Assembly (NCBI GenBank): GCA_964507445.1
Contig: CAZDQF010000020.1
Span: 6,528-70,527 of the forward strand
Length of the DNA stretch: 64,000 nt
Source: an uncultured Isosphaeraceae bacterium
GTDB taxonomy: Bacteria; Planctomycetota; GCA-002687715
Direction: 5' to 3'
Below the pieces are notes generated by a model. That model searched no databases. It was not told the origin of the DNA and was given only the letters and a program-made list of their open reading frames with translations. Shown here in pieces: positions 1 through 10,089 of this stretch. How positions within the stretch are numbered: position 1 is the first letter of the stretch; every line of letters begins with the position of its first letter. The position numbers and the translations under genes are program-made.

Positions 1-617
1 AGCTGACACACGGTGATGGACATGTCGGCGCGATCTGAGTACGGCCGGTAGCGCCAACTCCCCAGCTGGTTCTGTGACTTGACGATCAGGTCCACGGCCA
101 GCTGGAGCTTCTGCTTGACGTCGGCGCGGTGCGTCATCCCGTACGTCTCGGCGAGGAACAGCGTCGCGAACGCGTGGCTGTACATCCGGGTGTCATGCCC
201 GGTGATGAAGCCGATGTTGGGGTCCACCCGACTCAGGACGAAGTCGACCCCTTTCTCCACCACCGGCCCGTAGCGGCCCCGTCCGGGCAGATGCCCGCCG
301 GAGAGGAACGCCATGAGGCAGAGCCCGGTGACGCCGACATGGGGCTTGGTGTTGGCGGTGATCACGTAGGAGCTGCCGCGCTTGTAGCCCACGTCCTGGA
401 TCCACCCCCCGGTGCGCGCGTCCTGATCGTCCTTCAGCCAGCGCAGCCCCTTCGCGACGGCCTCGCGAACGCGAGCCGGGTCCGGGTCGAGGACCCGTCC
501 GGTCGCTGCGTTGGAGACTCGAGGCGGCCGCGGAGAGCCCGAGGGCTCTCCCGTGAAGGACGGGGCGACGACGGCGGCGGCTGACAGGATGAGTGCGGCG
601 GCCGTCGATCTACGCAT
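1..617 (-). CDS. prenyltransferase/squalene-oxidase-repeat (alpha/alpha-toroid, terpenoid-cyclase-like) secreted protein; 5' part only, the 3' end lies beyond the window edge
   Basis: My own translation of the minus strand from the ATG at 617-615 stays open to position 1: MRRSTAAALILSAAAVVAP...GGWIQDVGYK...KPHVGVTGLCLMAFLSGGHLPGRGRYGPVVEKGVDF...TRMYSHAFATLFLAETYGMTHRADVKQKLQLAVDLIVKSQ...SWRYRPYS..DMSITVCQ. It is collinear with and clearly paralogous to the next gene. It is absent from the ORF track because it has no stop codon inside the window. Its ATG shares one nucleotide with the upstream stop (TGATG). Confidence 0.6.
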   Translation of the reverse strand, partial: MRRSTAAALILSAAAVVAPSFTGEPSGSPRPPRVSNAATGRVLDPDPARVREAVAKGLRWLKDDQDARTGGWIQDVGYKRGSSYVITANTKPHVGVTGLCLMAFLSGGHLPGRGRYGPVVEKGVDFVLSRVDPNIGFITGHDTRMYSHAFATLFLAETYGMTHRADVKQKLQLAVDLIVKSQNQLGSWRYRPYSDRADMSITVCQ

Positions 618-1783
618 CAGCGATGGAAGATCGGCAGGTACTCGTTGGGCACCTGCAGGATGATGGTGGCGACGGCGGTGGAGAACGCCCGCCCCGGTCC
701 CGTGCCGTTACGCCAGGATCCGTCCGCTTCCTGCCCGCCCAGGAGCTCCTCGGAGATCCGGCTCCAGTACCACTTCCACAGCGTCCGGTCCTTGTCTCCG
801 GCGAAGAAGAACACCTGGGCGGCGTAGTAGTGGCCGTACCAGTAGAAGTAGTGCCACTTGAAGTGGCGATACTGGCGGGCCATCTCCGCGCGCAGGTAGG
901 AGATGCCGCCCTTGATGAGCTCGTGGTCGTAGGTGCCGGTGTGGTTGAGCGTGGCGATCCCCGCCGCCGTGAGGGCGAAGGACGTGCGGGCGCGGTCCTT
1001 CTCCTGGTACTTGAAGCCGCCGTAGTACCGGGAGGCGCGGCTCTTGTACGCGGAGCGGACCACGTAGTCGTACGCGCGATCGATGGTCGCCTTGGGGACC
1101 CGGATGCCGATGTTGCGCGCGGCGCGCAGGGCCATGATCTGGCAGACCGTGATGGACATGTCCGATTCAGGCGAGAACGGGTTGTAGCGCCAACTGCCGT
1201 ACTTGTTCTGCGCCTTGACCGTGAGGTCAACGGCTAACTGCAGCTTCTCCTTGACGTCCTCCCTGTGCGTCATGCCGAAGATCTCGGCGAGGAACAGGGT
1301 GGCGTAGGCGTGGCTGTACATCCGGGTGCCGTGCTGGGAGACATAGCCCGAGTGCTTGTCCACGCACTTGAGGATGAAGTCGGTGCCTCGCTGCACCACG
1401 TCCCCGTGACGCCCACGACCTGGCAGGTGCCCGCCGGAGAGGAAGGCCATGAGGGCGAGGGCCGTGACGCCCACGTGGGGCTTCGCCATGGCGGTGCGCT
1501 GGTAGTCGCTGTTGAACTTGAACCCAACGTCCTGCACCCAACCGCCAGTGGCCGGGTCCTGGGTGCGTCGGAGATAATCGAGCCCCTTGTTCACCGCGAG
1601 CTTGACCTTGTCCGCGGGGAGCTCGAGGGGGGGCGCCTCCGGGATGGCGGCCGGCGCCTCATGGCGGACGCTGGGCATGCGGGGCAGCGGGGTGGTCGGC
1701 GGGCGCTGGTTGACGGCGGCGCCGGCCAGCACGGCGCCGCCGACGAGCGCGAATACGACGATGGGCAGCTTCTTGGTCTTCAT
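617..1783 (-). CDS. prenyltransferase/squalene-oxidase-repeat (alpha/alpha-toroid) secreted protein
   Basis: This is track ORF 617..1804. The likely start is MKTKKLPIVVFALVGGAVLAGAA (a signal-like N-terminus) at 1783. It has GGW and aromatic-rich repeats (GGWVQDVGF, GSWRYNPF, GGFKYQ, DGSWRNG) typical of the terpenoid cyclase / prenyltransferase repeat fold. Confidence 0.7.
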   Translation of the reverse strand: MKTKKLPIVVFALVGGAVLAGAAVNQRPPTTPLPRMPSVRHEAPAAIPEAPPLELPADKVKLAVNKGLDYLRRTQDPATGGWVQDVGFKFNSDYQRTAMAKPHVGVTALALMAFLSGGHLPGRGRHGDVVQRGTDFILKCVDKHSGYVSQHGTRMYSHAYATLFLAEIFGMTHREDVKEKLQLAVDLTVKAQNKYGSWRYNPFSPESDMSITVCQIMALRAARNIGIRVPKATIDRAYDYVVRSAYKSRASRYYGGFKYQEKDRARTSFALTAAGIATLNHTGTYDHELIKGGISYLRAEMARQYRHFKWHYFYWYGHYYAAQVFFFAGDKDRTLWKWYWSRISEELLGGQEADGSWRNGTGPGRAFSTAVATIILQVPNEYLPIFHR

Positions 1784-1791
1784 AGTCAACC

Positions 1792-4700
1792 CTATTTGAC
1801 CCAACCCTTGAGCTCAGTTCCAGTGCTTAGGACCAATACGCCGTCCCGAACCGTCGCTCCGGTGGTGGTCTCTACCGAATCGGGCCTGTAGGAGTCGGGG
1901 ATGAGGTCTATGAGGTCATCCACCCGACCCGTCTTCGCGTTGATGAAGTACAGCTCCGGGGAGTGGGGGTTCTGGTTGCGGCGCCGCTTGGGCGGGAACT
2001 TGCGGACCAGGACCCAGTCCTTTGTGGGATGGGTGGAGAGCCGGATGTTGGCGCCTGCGAACTCCGCCGTGGCCCAGGGGCTCGTGCCCTTGCGCAGGTC
2101 GTAGGCGCGGATCTTCTGGGCGATCCCGTCGCCGGTCTTCACGGTGGCCATCACCCCGACGTAGAGGCGGTCTCCGCGGACGTGGGCGTCGACGCTGAAT
2201 TCCTGCTTGTCCAGGTCGGTCTTGAAGCGCGCCTTGCCGGTCTCCAGGTCCAGCACGATGACCTTGTGACGCTTGCTGTTCCGTGAGCGGGCGGTCGAGG
2301 ACCCGAGCTCGAAGACCAGCTCGCGCTCCGTGAGTGCCAGCGGCAGGAATCGGCCGCGGCCGGCGGAGAACTCCCACGCGTCCTCGCCGCTCGACGGGTC
2401 ACGGGCCAGCACCCGGACCATCTGCGAAGTGGTCTGGTCCGACCCGAAGGTGAGGATGGCGTGATCACCGCTGGTGAGGAACGGCGGATACCCGTCCCTC
2501 GAGAAGTGCATGACGTTCCCGACCCGCTCACCGGTGAAGCCGTCGAAGCAGGTGGCCTTGCGTTGCCGCGGGGTGCGGACCAACAGCCAGGAAGGGCTCA
2601 CGCTGAAGCTGCCGTCGTAGAACCCGCGCATGGTGCGGGCCTGGACGTCCTGACCGGAGGCGATATCGAGTCCGCGGATCACCAGGCCGCCCTGGGCCAC
2701 CGAGCGGACCAGCATGTAGACCTTGCCGTGTCCGCAGGCCAGGTCTCGAAGGTCTCCGGAGCGGGGCTGGGTCCTCCAGCGCTCGTCACCGGTGCGTGGG
2801 TCCAGGCAGGCGACGTCCTGATCGAGGTCCATGATGAGGGCGCCGTCGTGCCAGACCGCGCGCTTGGGGGTCTCGATGGCTGCCTTGCGCCAGATGATCT
2901 CCCCGTTCTTCGGGGTCAGGGCGACCACTTCGCTGTCGATGTGCGCGAGCACCAGGTCCTGGTTGGGGGGTGTGGGCCGCCCGTGAGGATCGAGGATGCG
3001 GACGGGCGTCCCGTTGGTCTGACCGCTGAGCTTCCAGCCGATACGGAGTCCGCCGCTCAGACCGGAGCCGGACTCGTCGCCCTTGGAGGTCGTCTCTTCC
3101 CGGGCCAGCTCCCGCTTGGTCCATCCTGCGACGCGGACGGTCTTGTCGTCCACCTTGAGCGTCTCGGTCCCGTGACGGAACGCGAGGGCCTGCAGGACCC
3201 CGGCATAGGAGTCGCGGGCGCCGAGCTGTTTGAGGCACCTCGCGTACTCATACAGCGCCGCCGGCGAGGTCCGGGCGAAGCGCGTGAAGTAGCGCTGCAT
3301 CTCGCCCAGGGCCTCCTGGTACATGCCCTCGCCGAGGAGGCGACGGGACAGCTCCAGGTACGCTCGTTCCACCACCGAGCTCTGAGGGTAGTTCCTCAGG
3401 ATGGTGCGGATCCCCTGCATGTCGTCGTTGGAGAGGGCGGCCCGCAGGAGGCGTTTGGCCGCCCGTTCCTGGACCTGGTAGGCGCCGGCCCCGTGGACCT
3501 TCATGATCTTGGCGATGCGGTCCCCTGCGTAACGCCACGCCGATTGCCGCTCCAATTGCGCGTCGTGATAGCGGATCTGGGCGTCGTGGAAGTGTCTCAC
3601 CGCTTCCCGGTGCTCGTTGGCGCGCTCTGCCCGGACCCCGGCGGCCAGGTGTGCGAGCAGGCCGGCGGGCGCTCGGAGCCCCTCCTCGAACTCCGGGAAC
3701 AGGCCGTGGATCGCGCCTCGTAGCTCGACCCATTCGTCGGGTGCCGCGGTGACGAGATCTTCGATCGTGCGCTTGAAGGCGCCGGTGTCTTCTTCGGTCA
3801 GCGACCAGTTGAGGCAGGCGAGGAGCGCCCGTACTCGCTGTCGGTCCGTCCGCGCGTATTCCATGGCCTTGCGGAATCGGCCCTCTGGCGACGAGGGGCC
3901 GCCCATGATCTTGCGATCCGGTTCCTCCGCCACCTCCATCCAGCCGTTGTAGAGGCTGAGGGCCGCTCGGGATGCGACGTTGCGTCCGCGGGGTCCCTGG
4001 GAGGTGGCTCGCTTCAACGCCCGGGCGTAGGTCTCCAGCGCCTGGGCCCACTGCCCCTGGCGCTTGCGGACGTCCGCCAACCGCATCTGGATGGAGGGGT
4101 CCGGGTTGGGGCCACGGGTGGCGATCTCCAGCTGGCGCTCGACGTCCTTCAAGTTGAAGTACGCGTGGATGGAGTGCTCACCAGCGATGAGGATGGACTC
4201 GGCGTCGGCGACGATGTTCCCCTCTCGGCTTGCGTACCGCAGCCGCTCTTGTCGCTTGTACTTGCCGCTACGCAGGTCCACCTCATTCACCACCGTCGCG
4301 CCGCCGGTGCTCACGGACGTGCAGAAGATCACGCTGTCGCCGACGACCTCCGGCAGGCCCTGGATCGACGAGCCGTTGAATCTTGACCCCGTCTCGATGG
4401 TCGTCCACTGGCCCTTCAGGCTCTTCGGATCGATGGCGATGACCCGGTTCCCCGCCACCAGCAGGAGCCCCCCGTGCGCACCCAGGAAGTAGTGGTTGCG
4501 GTCACGGGTCGTGCGCCGGGCCACGGGGATGGCCGTGAGGGCCCCGGTCTTCACGTCGCAGGCGTAGAGGTTTCTCGAATCCGTCGGAGCGACGAATACC
4601 CTGTCCCCGACCACCGCCGGGGCGCTGGGCATCCAGCCGGTCTGCCGTTCCCGGGTCATGGGGCTGTCGGTGGACGGGATGGGTTCCTGTTCGTAGGCCG

Positions 4701-6270
4701 CCTCCCAGATGATGGTTCCGTTGACGGCGTCGACGGCGCAGATCACTCCGATGTTGTTGCTGTAGTAGAGGACGCCATCGTCCTCTGTGACATGTCCGGG
4801 GACGGCCTCCTTGACCGGGTTCCCGAACATGTTCAACTCCATCTGGCCGGCGCCCGTGTAGGTCCTCCACTTCAACTGTCCCGTCGACCGGTCGAAGGCG
4901 CAGAGCCACTGGTGGAAGACGCCCATGAGGACGTGGCCGGCGGCGTACAGGGTGTCGCCGATGACCAGGGGCGGCTGGTTCACGCAGAGCTTGCTGAGGA
5001 ACGCGGCGTCCGCCGGGTCTTCGGCGGCGAACTGGAGGTGCGACCAGCGGACGTCGCCGGTGTTGCGGTCCACGGCCACTAGCTTGTGGGAGGGGATGGT
5101 CTCGATGGGGCGGAAGCCCTGCCAGGCGCTGTCTCCCGCCTCCATCGCCGGGGGCCCCTCCAGGTAGCCGAACAGGAGGTCGTCGTCGATGACAACGTGG
5201 TAGTAGAGGTTGCGGTTCTGCCGCCCGGAGAAATCCGGCAGGGGGCTGGCGACCCCTGGCCAGATGTCGTGCCCGGAGAAGAGGCTGCGCGCACGAATGA
5301 AGCGACCGTCACAGTAGTAGACGACGCCGTCGGCGATCGAGGGGATGACGGGGTAGTGGGTGATCCACTGCGGCTGGGAGCGACTGCCGAAGACACGGGA
5401 TCTGCCGGCGGAACGCGTGTTGCGCATGAAGGAGCGGTTCCACACCCCGCGGGTCGTCACGCGGATGGCGGGGTGAGCCCCTCTATCCCCGGTGTCCGGC
5501 TCCTCGGTCTGGGCCAACAAGGCCTCGAGGAAGGCGATGACGTCAACCTGGTCTGCGTCGACCGCGATGTCCTGACCTGCCGCCGCAGCCCGAGATTCCG
5601 CGATCATGGCCGTGAGCTCTGTCTTGCGCCCGGACCCCCACAGCGTGAGGCCCTCCCTGGCGAGCACCTGGAGCCCGAGGCTCGAGGTGCGTTCCGCGTC
5701 CGCCAGGTCCGCGTGAAGGCGTCGAATGGTGACGCGGGCTTCCTCGAACCGGCCGTGTTCGATGAGGAGATCCACGAGCGCAAGATGGGCCGCTCGTCCG
5801 CTGGGGGTGAGGGCGTAGCGGAGCGCACACTCACGGAGCAGGGCCTCGTTCTCACGTGCGATGCCGTCACCCAGCATTCGGCGCGCCTTGGGCTCCATGA
5901 TGGCGCGGTAACGCGCGAGCCCCTCCGTCGGCAGCGCCTGGATGAGGTCGATGACCACCGATCGGACCCCATGGAAGCGGTCCCCATCGATGACCGCGTC
6001 CGTCTCTGTGCCCGTGCGTGGCGCCCGGTGACTCGCCACCACCTTCGCCGACATGCGGTCCAGGACCTCTTGCCAGATGGTGATGGCGCGGGCCGTGTCC
6101 CCCTGCGTCAGCGCGTCCCGGGCCCGGCTCAGGTGCTGTCGCACCACCAGATCGTCCGGGACCGAGACCTTGCTGGTGTGGGTCTGCGCTGGAGCGGATT
6201 GGAAGGTGGCCAGCGTCGCCAGGGCCAGGCAGCAGATCCAGAGGCGTTTGGTGTGACGGATGGGGTTCAT
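1792..6270 (-). CDS. very large secreted protein with TPR-like helical regions and many PQQ-like (BamB-type) beta-propeller repeats
   Basis: This is track ORF 1792..6390. I place the start at MNPIRHTKRLWICCLALATLATFQSAPAQ (a signal peptide) at 6270. It has recurrent propeller-type motifs (GDVRWSH, GQLKWRTY, GTIIWEAAY, GEIIWRK, GDERWRT, GEDAWEF). Confidence 0.7.
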   Translation of the reverse strand: MNPIRHTKRLWICCLALATLATFQSAPAQTHTSKVSVPDDLVVRQHLSRARDALTQGDTARAITIWQEVLDRMSAKVVASHRAPRTGTETDAVIDGDRFHGVRSVVIDLIQALPTEGLARYRAIMEPKARRMLGDGIARENEALLRECALRYALTPSGRAAHLALVDLLIEHGRFEEARVTIRRLHADLADAERTSSLGLQVLAREGLTLWGSGRKTELTAMIAESRAAAAGQDIAVDADQVDVIAFLEALLAQTEEPDTGDRGAHPAIRVTTRGVWNRSFMRNTRSAGRSRVFGSRSQPQWITHYPVIPSIADGVVYYCDGRFIRARSLFSGHDIWPGVASPLPDFSGRQNRNLYYHVVIDDDLLFGYLEGPPAMEAGDSAWQGFRPIETIPSHKLVAVDRNTGDVRWSHLQFAAEDPADAAFLSKLCVNQPPLVIGDTLYAAGHVLMGVFHQWLCAFDRSTGQLKWRTYTGAGQMELNMFGNPVKEAVPGHVTEDDGVLYYSNNIGVICAVDAVNGTIIWEAAYEQEPIPSTDSPMTRERQTGWMPSAPAVVGDRVFVAPTDSRNLYACDVKTGALTAIPVARRTTRDRNHYFLGAHGGLLLVAGNRVIAIDPKSLKGQWTTIETGSRFNGSSIQGLPEVVGDSVIFCTSVSTGGATVVNEVDLRSGKYKRQERLRYASREGNIVADAESILIAGEHSIHAYFNLKDVERQLEIATRGPNPDPSIQMRLADVRKRQGQWAQALETYARALKRATSQGPRGRNVASRAALSLYNGWMEVAEEPDRKIMGGPSSPEGRFRKAMEYARTDRQRVRALLACLNWSLTEEDTGAFKRTIEDLVTAAPDEWVELRGAIHGLFPEFEEGLRAPAGLLAHLAAGVRAERANEHREAVRHFHDAQIRYHDAQLERQSAWRYAGDRIAKIMKVHGAGAYQVQERAAKRLLRAALSNDDMQGIRTILRNYPQSSVVERAYLELSRRLLGEGMYQEALGEMQRYFTRFARTSPAALYEYARCLKQLGARDSYAGVLQALAFRHGTETLKVDDKTVRVAGWTKRELAREETTSKGDESGSGLSGGLRIGWKLSGQTNGTPVRILDPHGRPTPPNQDLVLAHIDSEVVALTPKNGEIIWRKAAIETPKRAVWHDGALIMDLDQDVACLDPRTGDERWRTQPRSGDLRDLACGHGKVYMLVRSVAQGGLVIRGLDIASGQDVQARTMRGFYDGSFSVSPSWLLVRTPRQRKATCFDGFTGERVGNVMHFSRDGYPPFLTSGDHAILTFGSDQTTSQMVRVLARDPSSGEDAWEFSAGRGRFLPLALTERELVFELGSSTARSRNSKRHKVIVLDLETGKARFKTDLDKQEFSVDAHVRGDRLYVGVMATVKTGDGIAQKIRAYDLRKGTSPWATAEFAGANIRLSTHPTKDWVLVRKFPPKRRRNQNPHSPELYFINAKTGRVDDLIDLIPDSYRPDSVETTTGATVRDGVLVLSTGTELKGWVK

Positions 6271-6359
6271 GTGATCCTCTACGGGCTCACTATACGGTTC
6301 GACCACCAGATCCCGAGGATGGAGTCCCATCCTCCCCGCCACACCGAAGTTTCGGGCTC

Positions 6360-6677
6360 TCAGGGGCTGGTCGGGTAGCTCTGGCGCCACAGCTCGAAGC
6401 CTCCGGAGAGGCTCCGGGTACCGGTCAGTCCTTTCTCCGACAGGTAGGCCGTGGCCCCCTTGCTGGCGTTGCCGTGGTGGCAGTAGACGATCACGGGAGA
6501 GTCGGGACCGAACTCCGCGCAGAGGGCGTCGACGTCGGCTTCGGAGGTCAGGTGTCTGCAGCCCGGGATGTGGGCGGTGGCGTGACTGGCGGGGTCTCTG
6601 ATATCCACGAAGACCGCCGTCTCCTTCTCCAGGAGGTCCTTGGCTTCGTGGATGTCGATCTCGGATACGTCCTGCAT
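6360..6677 (-). CDS. single-domain rhodanese-like sulfurtransferase (GlpE/PspE-like)
   Basis: The 105-aa product has a rhodanese layout and an active-site loop, IVYCHHGNASKGA (Cys followed by 5 residues). Confidence 0.85.
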   Translation of the reverse strand: MQDVSEIDIHEAKDLLEKETAVFVDIRDPASHATAHIPGCRHLTSEADVDALCAEFGPDSPVIVYCHHGNASKGATAYLSEKGLTGTRSLSGGFELWRQSYPTSP

Positions 6678-6684
6678 GGTCGAT

Positions 6685-7614
6685 TCAGTCCGTCTTGAAC
6701 AGGTCCTTCAGCACCGATCTTACAACCGTGGTGTCGCTGCTGGGGTAGTTGGCTCGGATGATGCCGGCGAGCTTCTCACACTCCTCCGCCACCGTGAGCA
6801 TGCCTATCGGTCGGCGGTCCGGCCTCCTGCGGGTCATGCGTTGGACCAGCCTCGCTACAGGCTTGCTGACCTTTGCGTGCAGCTCTCCCAAGGGGATGTT
6901 GCGTTCATTGAGGGTCGCCTTGAAGAGCTCTGTGGTCTGGTGTCCGTCCAGGCTCAAGGGGCCGGTCAACATCTCGAACAGGATGACGCCCAGGGAGTAG
7001 ATGTCCGTGCGCGCGTCGATCTCGTCTCCGAGGATCTGCTCGGGGGCGGAGTAGGCCGGGGTGCCGATGTAGGTGCCGATCCGCGTGATCGCGGTGTCGG
7101 CGTGGAGGTCCTTGGCGATGCCGAAGTCCAGCACCTTCACCCGCTCATCCGATCTCCGGATCATGACATTGGACGGCTTCAGATCACGGTGGATCATGCC
7201 CGCCTCGTGTGCCGCCGACAGGCCCGCTGCGATGTCGCGGGCGATGACCAGGGCGTGCTCCGGGGGGAAGGCCTGGCCGTCCTCCATCAGATCCCAGAGC
7301 GTCTGGCCGTCCACGTACTCGAGGATGATGAACGGCTGCACGCCGTGGTACCCGAGGCCGTGGACGCGAACCAGGTTGGGGTGGCGGAGCCGTCCGAAGG
7401 TCCCACCCTCCCGGCGAAACCGGGTGCGCAACGCGTCGTTGCGCGTGGCGTCCGGGTGCAGGAACTTGACCGCGATCTGTCGCGAGCGCTTCAGGTCCAT
7501 CGCCAGCCAGATGGAGCCTCCCGCCCCTTCTCCGAGGAGGCGCTGAAGCTCAAATCGATCGTCGTTGCCGACCCGTCGTCCGATTTGATCCTGGCCGTCG
7601 GAGGGGTGTGACAT
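6685..7614 (-). CDS. Ser/Thr protein kinase (Hanks type), kinase domain only
   Basis: Motifs seen: GEGAGGSIW..AVKFL, HRDLKPSNVMI, DFGIAKD, GTPAYSAPE. Confidence 0.9.
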   Translation of the reverse strand: MSHPSDGQDQIGRRVGNDDRFELQRLLGEGAGGSIWLAMDLKRSRQIAVKFLHPDATRNDALRTRFRREGGTFGRLRHPNLVRVHGLGYHGVQPFIILEYVDGQTLWDLMEDGQAFPPEHALVIARDIAAGLSAAHEAGMIHRDLKPSNVMIRRSDERVKVLDFGIAKDLHADTAITRIGTYIGTPAYSAPEQILGDEIDARTDIYSLGVILFEMLTGPLSLDGHQTTELFKATLNERNIPLGELHAKVSKPVARLVQRMTRRRPDRRPIGMLTVAEECEKLAGIIRANYPSSDTTVVRSVLKDLFKTD

Positions 7615-7668
7615 GGCACGATTCTAACCCGATCCTCGGCGCCGTCGACGCTTGGAAACGGCGGCAGG

Positions 7669-10089
7669 TCAGAGGTAGCGGAAGCGTTTGCGCAAGATCC
7701 ACTCGACGGTGAGCAGCGCCAGGAAGATGATCGGGAGCCACCTGAGCCAGGGGCTCTCCTCGTCGCGGAGATGCGTGAACTGGCGTTGCCGAGGAATCTC
7801 CACGGTCCCGGAGGCCACGTCGTCGAGCAACGACCTGGCCCCGTCGAGGGTCACATAGGAGCCGGAGGTCCGACCGGCGATGGTCTTGAGGGTGACCTCG
7901 TCCAGGATCGGTTCGCGGCGCTCCACGTCCGACGTGGTGACGAGGAATGACACCGGTGAGAGCTTCTCGTCCGAGAGCCCGTCCTCGGGCTGGATCCAGG
8001 CGTGATAGTCACCGGTCACGGAGCCGTGGAACGAGTGCTCGAAGACACCCGGCTGGACCTTGCGCAGGCGGATGGTCTCTCGACGACCCGAGGACTCCGG
8101 GTACTCCAGGATCACCTCCTGGTCGGCCTTGTCGGACGGCCGATAGGTGCGGTCCTTGATGTAGGCCGTGAGGGTGATCAGGTCGCCCTGCTGATACCTG
8201 GTCCGGTTGGAGACGAGCCTGAAGCGCTTGTCTCCCTGGAACAGCCGCGCCCTCGCCAGGTGGCGCACCACGTTGCCCCAGAACCGGTGGTGGGTGAACG
8301 GGCCCTCCCAGGCGAACCAGCGCCACGTCGCGTCCAGGGCGGTGAAGAACACCGGGCCCTCGCCGTAGGTGCCGGCCACCAGGATGGGGTACGGGCCGTG
8401 GAGGTTGCGGTCGCTCTCGTGGACCGCGAGCACCTGGCTGCCCGGCTTGGCCTTCTTCACCCGCGCGAACCAGTACAGCTCCTCGAGCCGATCCGGTTCG
8501 TTGCGGTCTTCCCAGATGCGCCGGTTGCGATCCGGGTCCTTCTCGTCGTCTTCGATCTGGGTGATCGGGTGGTTCACCCCCATGGGGGTGAGCTTCACTC
8601 TGAAGCCCAGGTCGTCACTGCCTCCCGCTTCCTCGCTCGGGTCGATGAGCACGGGGAGGATGTCAGCCAGGGGTGTGTCCTTGAACGCCCGCGGACTGAA
8701 CCGGTCTCCGGCGACCATGGCGAAGCCGCCGCCCTCCGCGACGAACTCCCGGATCAGAGCCATGTTCTTACGCGCCTTCTCCGGGTCCGCGGCGGAGAAC
8801 AGGTCGCTCATGGGGTCCACGTCACCGAAGATGATGACGTCGTACCAGAACAGCTCCTCCTTGCTCGCGGGGAACTGGGTGAGCGGCTGCAGGTTGCCGG
8901 CGCCGAGGGTCGACTCCTGGGGGAACCCGTGATCCGCCTCCAGCAGCAGGCACTGGCAGATGAAGGCGTCGTTGGCGCGGACCAGGAAGTCCTTCAGGGA
9001 GCGGTACTCCCACCTGGGGAACGACTCCACGTAGAGCACCTTGATCTTCTGGTCCTTGACCAGGACCTCGATGACCCGGGAGTTGTTGTCTTCGGTGTGC
9101 TCCGTGGGGATCGGCTGCACCCGCACGGTCCAGCGCTTGCGGCCCTCTGAGAGCGGGCGGTACAGCATCCTGAACGGCTGGTCTTCCTCGCTGGCGCTCA
9201 AGGTCACGCGCTGGCGATGGATGACGTTGTCGTTCTCCAGCAGCTGCAGGGTCACCTTCTCACCGGGGAACCCTCGCTGCCGCACCTTCAGGTCGATGCT
9301 GACCGTGTCTTCGACGAGCACCACGCTGGAGTGGAGCACGGAGGTGAGCTCGATGTCCTTGGTCGCCTTCGGGTCGCCGACCCCGACGCAGTGCACCGGG
9401 ATCTTGCGGCGGGCCGCGATCTCCACCACCTCCGCCGGAGGCGGCCCGGCGGTGTTCTTGCCGTCCGTGATGATGACCACGCCGCCGACGGAGGAGCTCT
9501 TGACCTCCGGCTCGTCGAGGATGCGTTCCAGGGTGCTCCCGAGGGTCGTGACCCGGTCTCGGGGCTCCAGGTCGGCGATGCCGGAGATGCCCTGCAGGCG
9601 CTCGCCGAAGGAGTAGAGGCGGACCCGGTTCTCCTCCCCGAGCTTCTCGAGGAAGGGCACCTCGCCTTCACCGAGCACCTTCTTGACCAGGCCGAGCCGG
9701 GTCAGGCTGTCCAGCGGGGTGCCGGCGGGGAGCTGGGCGGCGCCTCGGAGGCGGTCCGCCAGCCCGGGGTTGGTCTGGTAGTCGTCGTTGTGACCCATGG
9801 AGGCGCTGGCGTCGACCAGCACGATGGTGAGCGTCGGCTTGCGCTCCACCACGGTGGTCTGCATGGCCGGGTCCATGAGCAGGAGCGCCACGAAGATGAG
9901 GACCGCGATGCGGAGCAGCGTCAGCCCGTGGCGGACCAGCGCCGGGACGCCTTCGCGGCCCATCCGATAGAACACGGCGGCGAACCCGATGACGGCGGGG
10001 ACGATGACGAGGAAGATGACCCAAGTCGGGGGAGCGCTGCGGAACACCAGCCCTTCCGACACCACCTCCGATTCCAGCAACCAGGTCAT
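7669..10089 (-). CDS. membrane-anchored von Willebrand factor A (vWA) domain protein of the Bat/aerotolerance-type cluster
   Basis: This is track ORF 7669..10179. I place the start at MTWLLESEV at 10089, where it forms an ATGA overlap with the upstream stop. It has N-terminal TM helices and a vWA MIDAS-like motif, IVLVDASASMGHND. A C-terminal TM helix is also present. Confidence 0.75.
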   Translation of the reverse strand: MTWLLESEVVSEGLVFRSAPPTWVIFLVIVPAVIGFAAVFYRMGREGVPALVRHGLTLLRIAVLIFVALLLMDPAMQTTVVERKPTLTIVLVDASASMGHNDDYQTNPGLADRLRGAAQLPAGTPLDSLTRLGLVKKVLGEGEVPFLEKLGEENRVRLYSFGERLQGISGIADLEPRDRVTTLGSTLERILDEPEVKSSSVGGVVIITDGKNTAGPPPAEVVEIAARRKIPVHCVGVGDPKATKDIELTSVLHSSVVLVEDTVSIDLKVRQRGFPGEKVTLQLLENDNVIHRQRVTLSASEEDQPFRMLYRPLSEGRKRWTVRVQPIPTEHTEDNNSRVIEVLVKDQKIKVLYVESFPRWEYRSLKDFLVRANDAFICQCLLLEADHGFPQESTLGAGNLQPLTQFPASKEELFWYDVIIFGDVDPMSDLFSAADPEKARKNMALIREFVAEGGGFAMVAGDRFSPRAFKDTPLADILPVLIDPSEEAGGSDDLGFRVKLTPMGVNHPITQIEDDEKDPDRNRRIWEDRNEPDRLEELYWFARVKKAKPGSQVLAVHESDRNLHGPYPILVAGTYGEGPVFFTALDATWRWFAWEGPFTHHRFWGNVVRHLARARLFQGDKRFRLVSNRTRYQQGDLITLTAYIKDRTYRPSDKADQEVILEYPESSGRRETIRLRKVQPGVFEHSFHGSVTGDYHAWIQPEDGLSDEKLSPVSFLVTTSDVERREPILDEVTLKTIAGRTSGSYVTLDGARSLLDDVASGTVEIPRQRQFTHLRDEESPWLRWLPIIFLALLTVEWILRKRFRYL

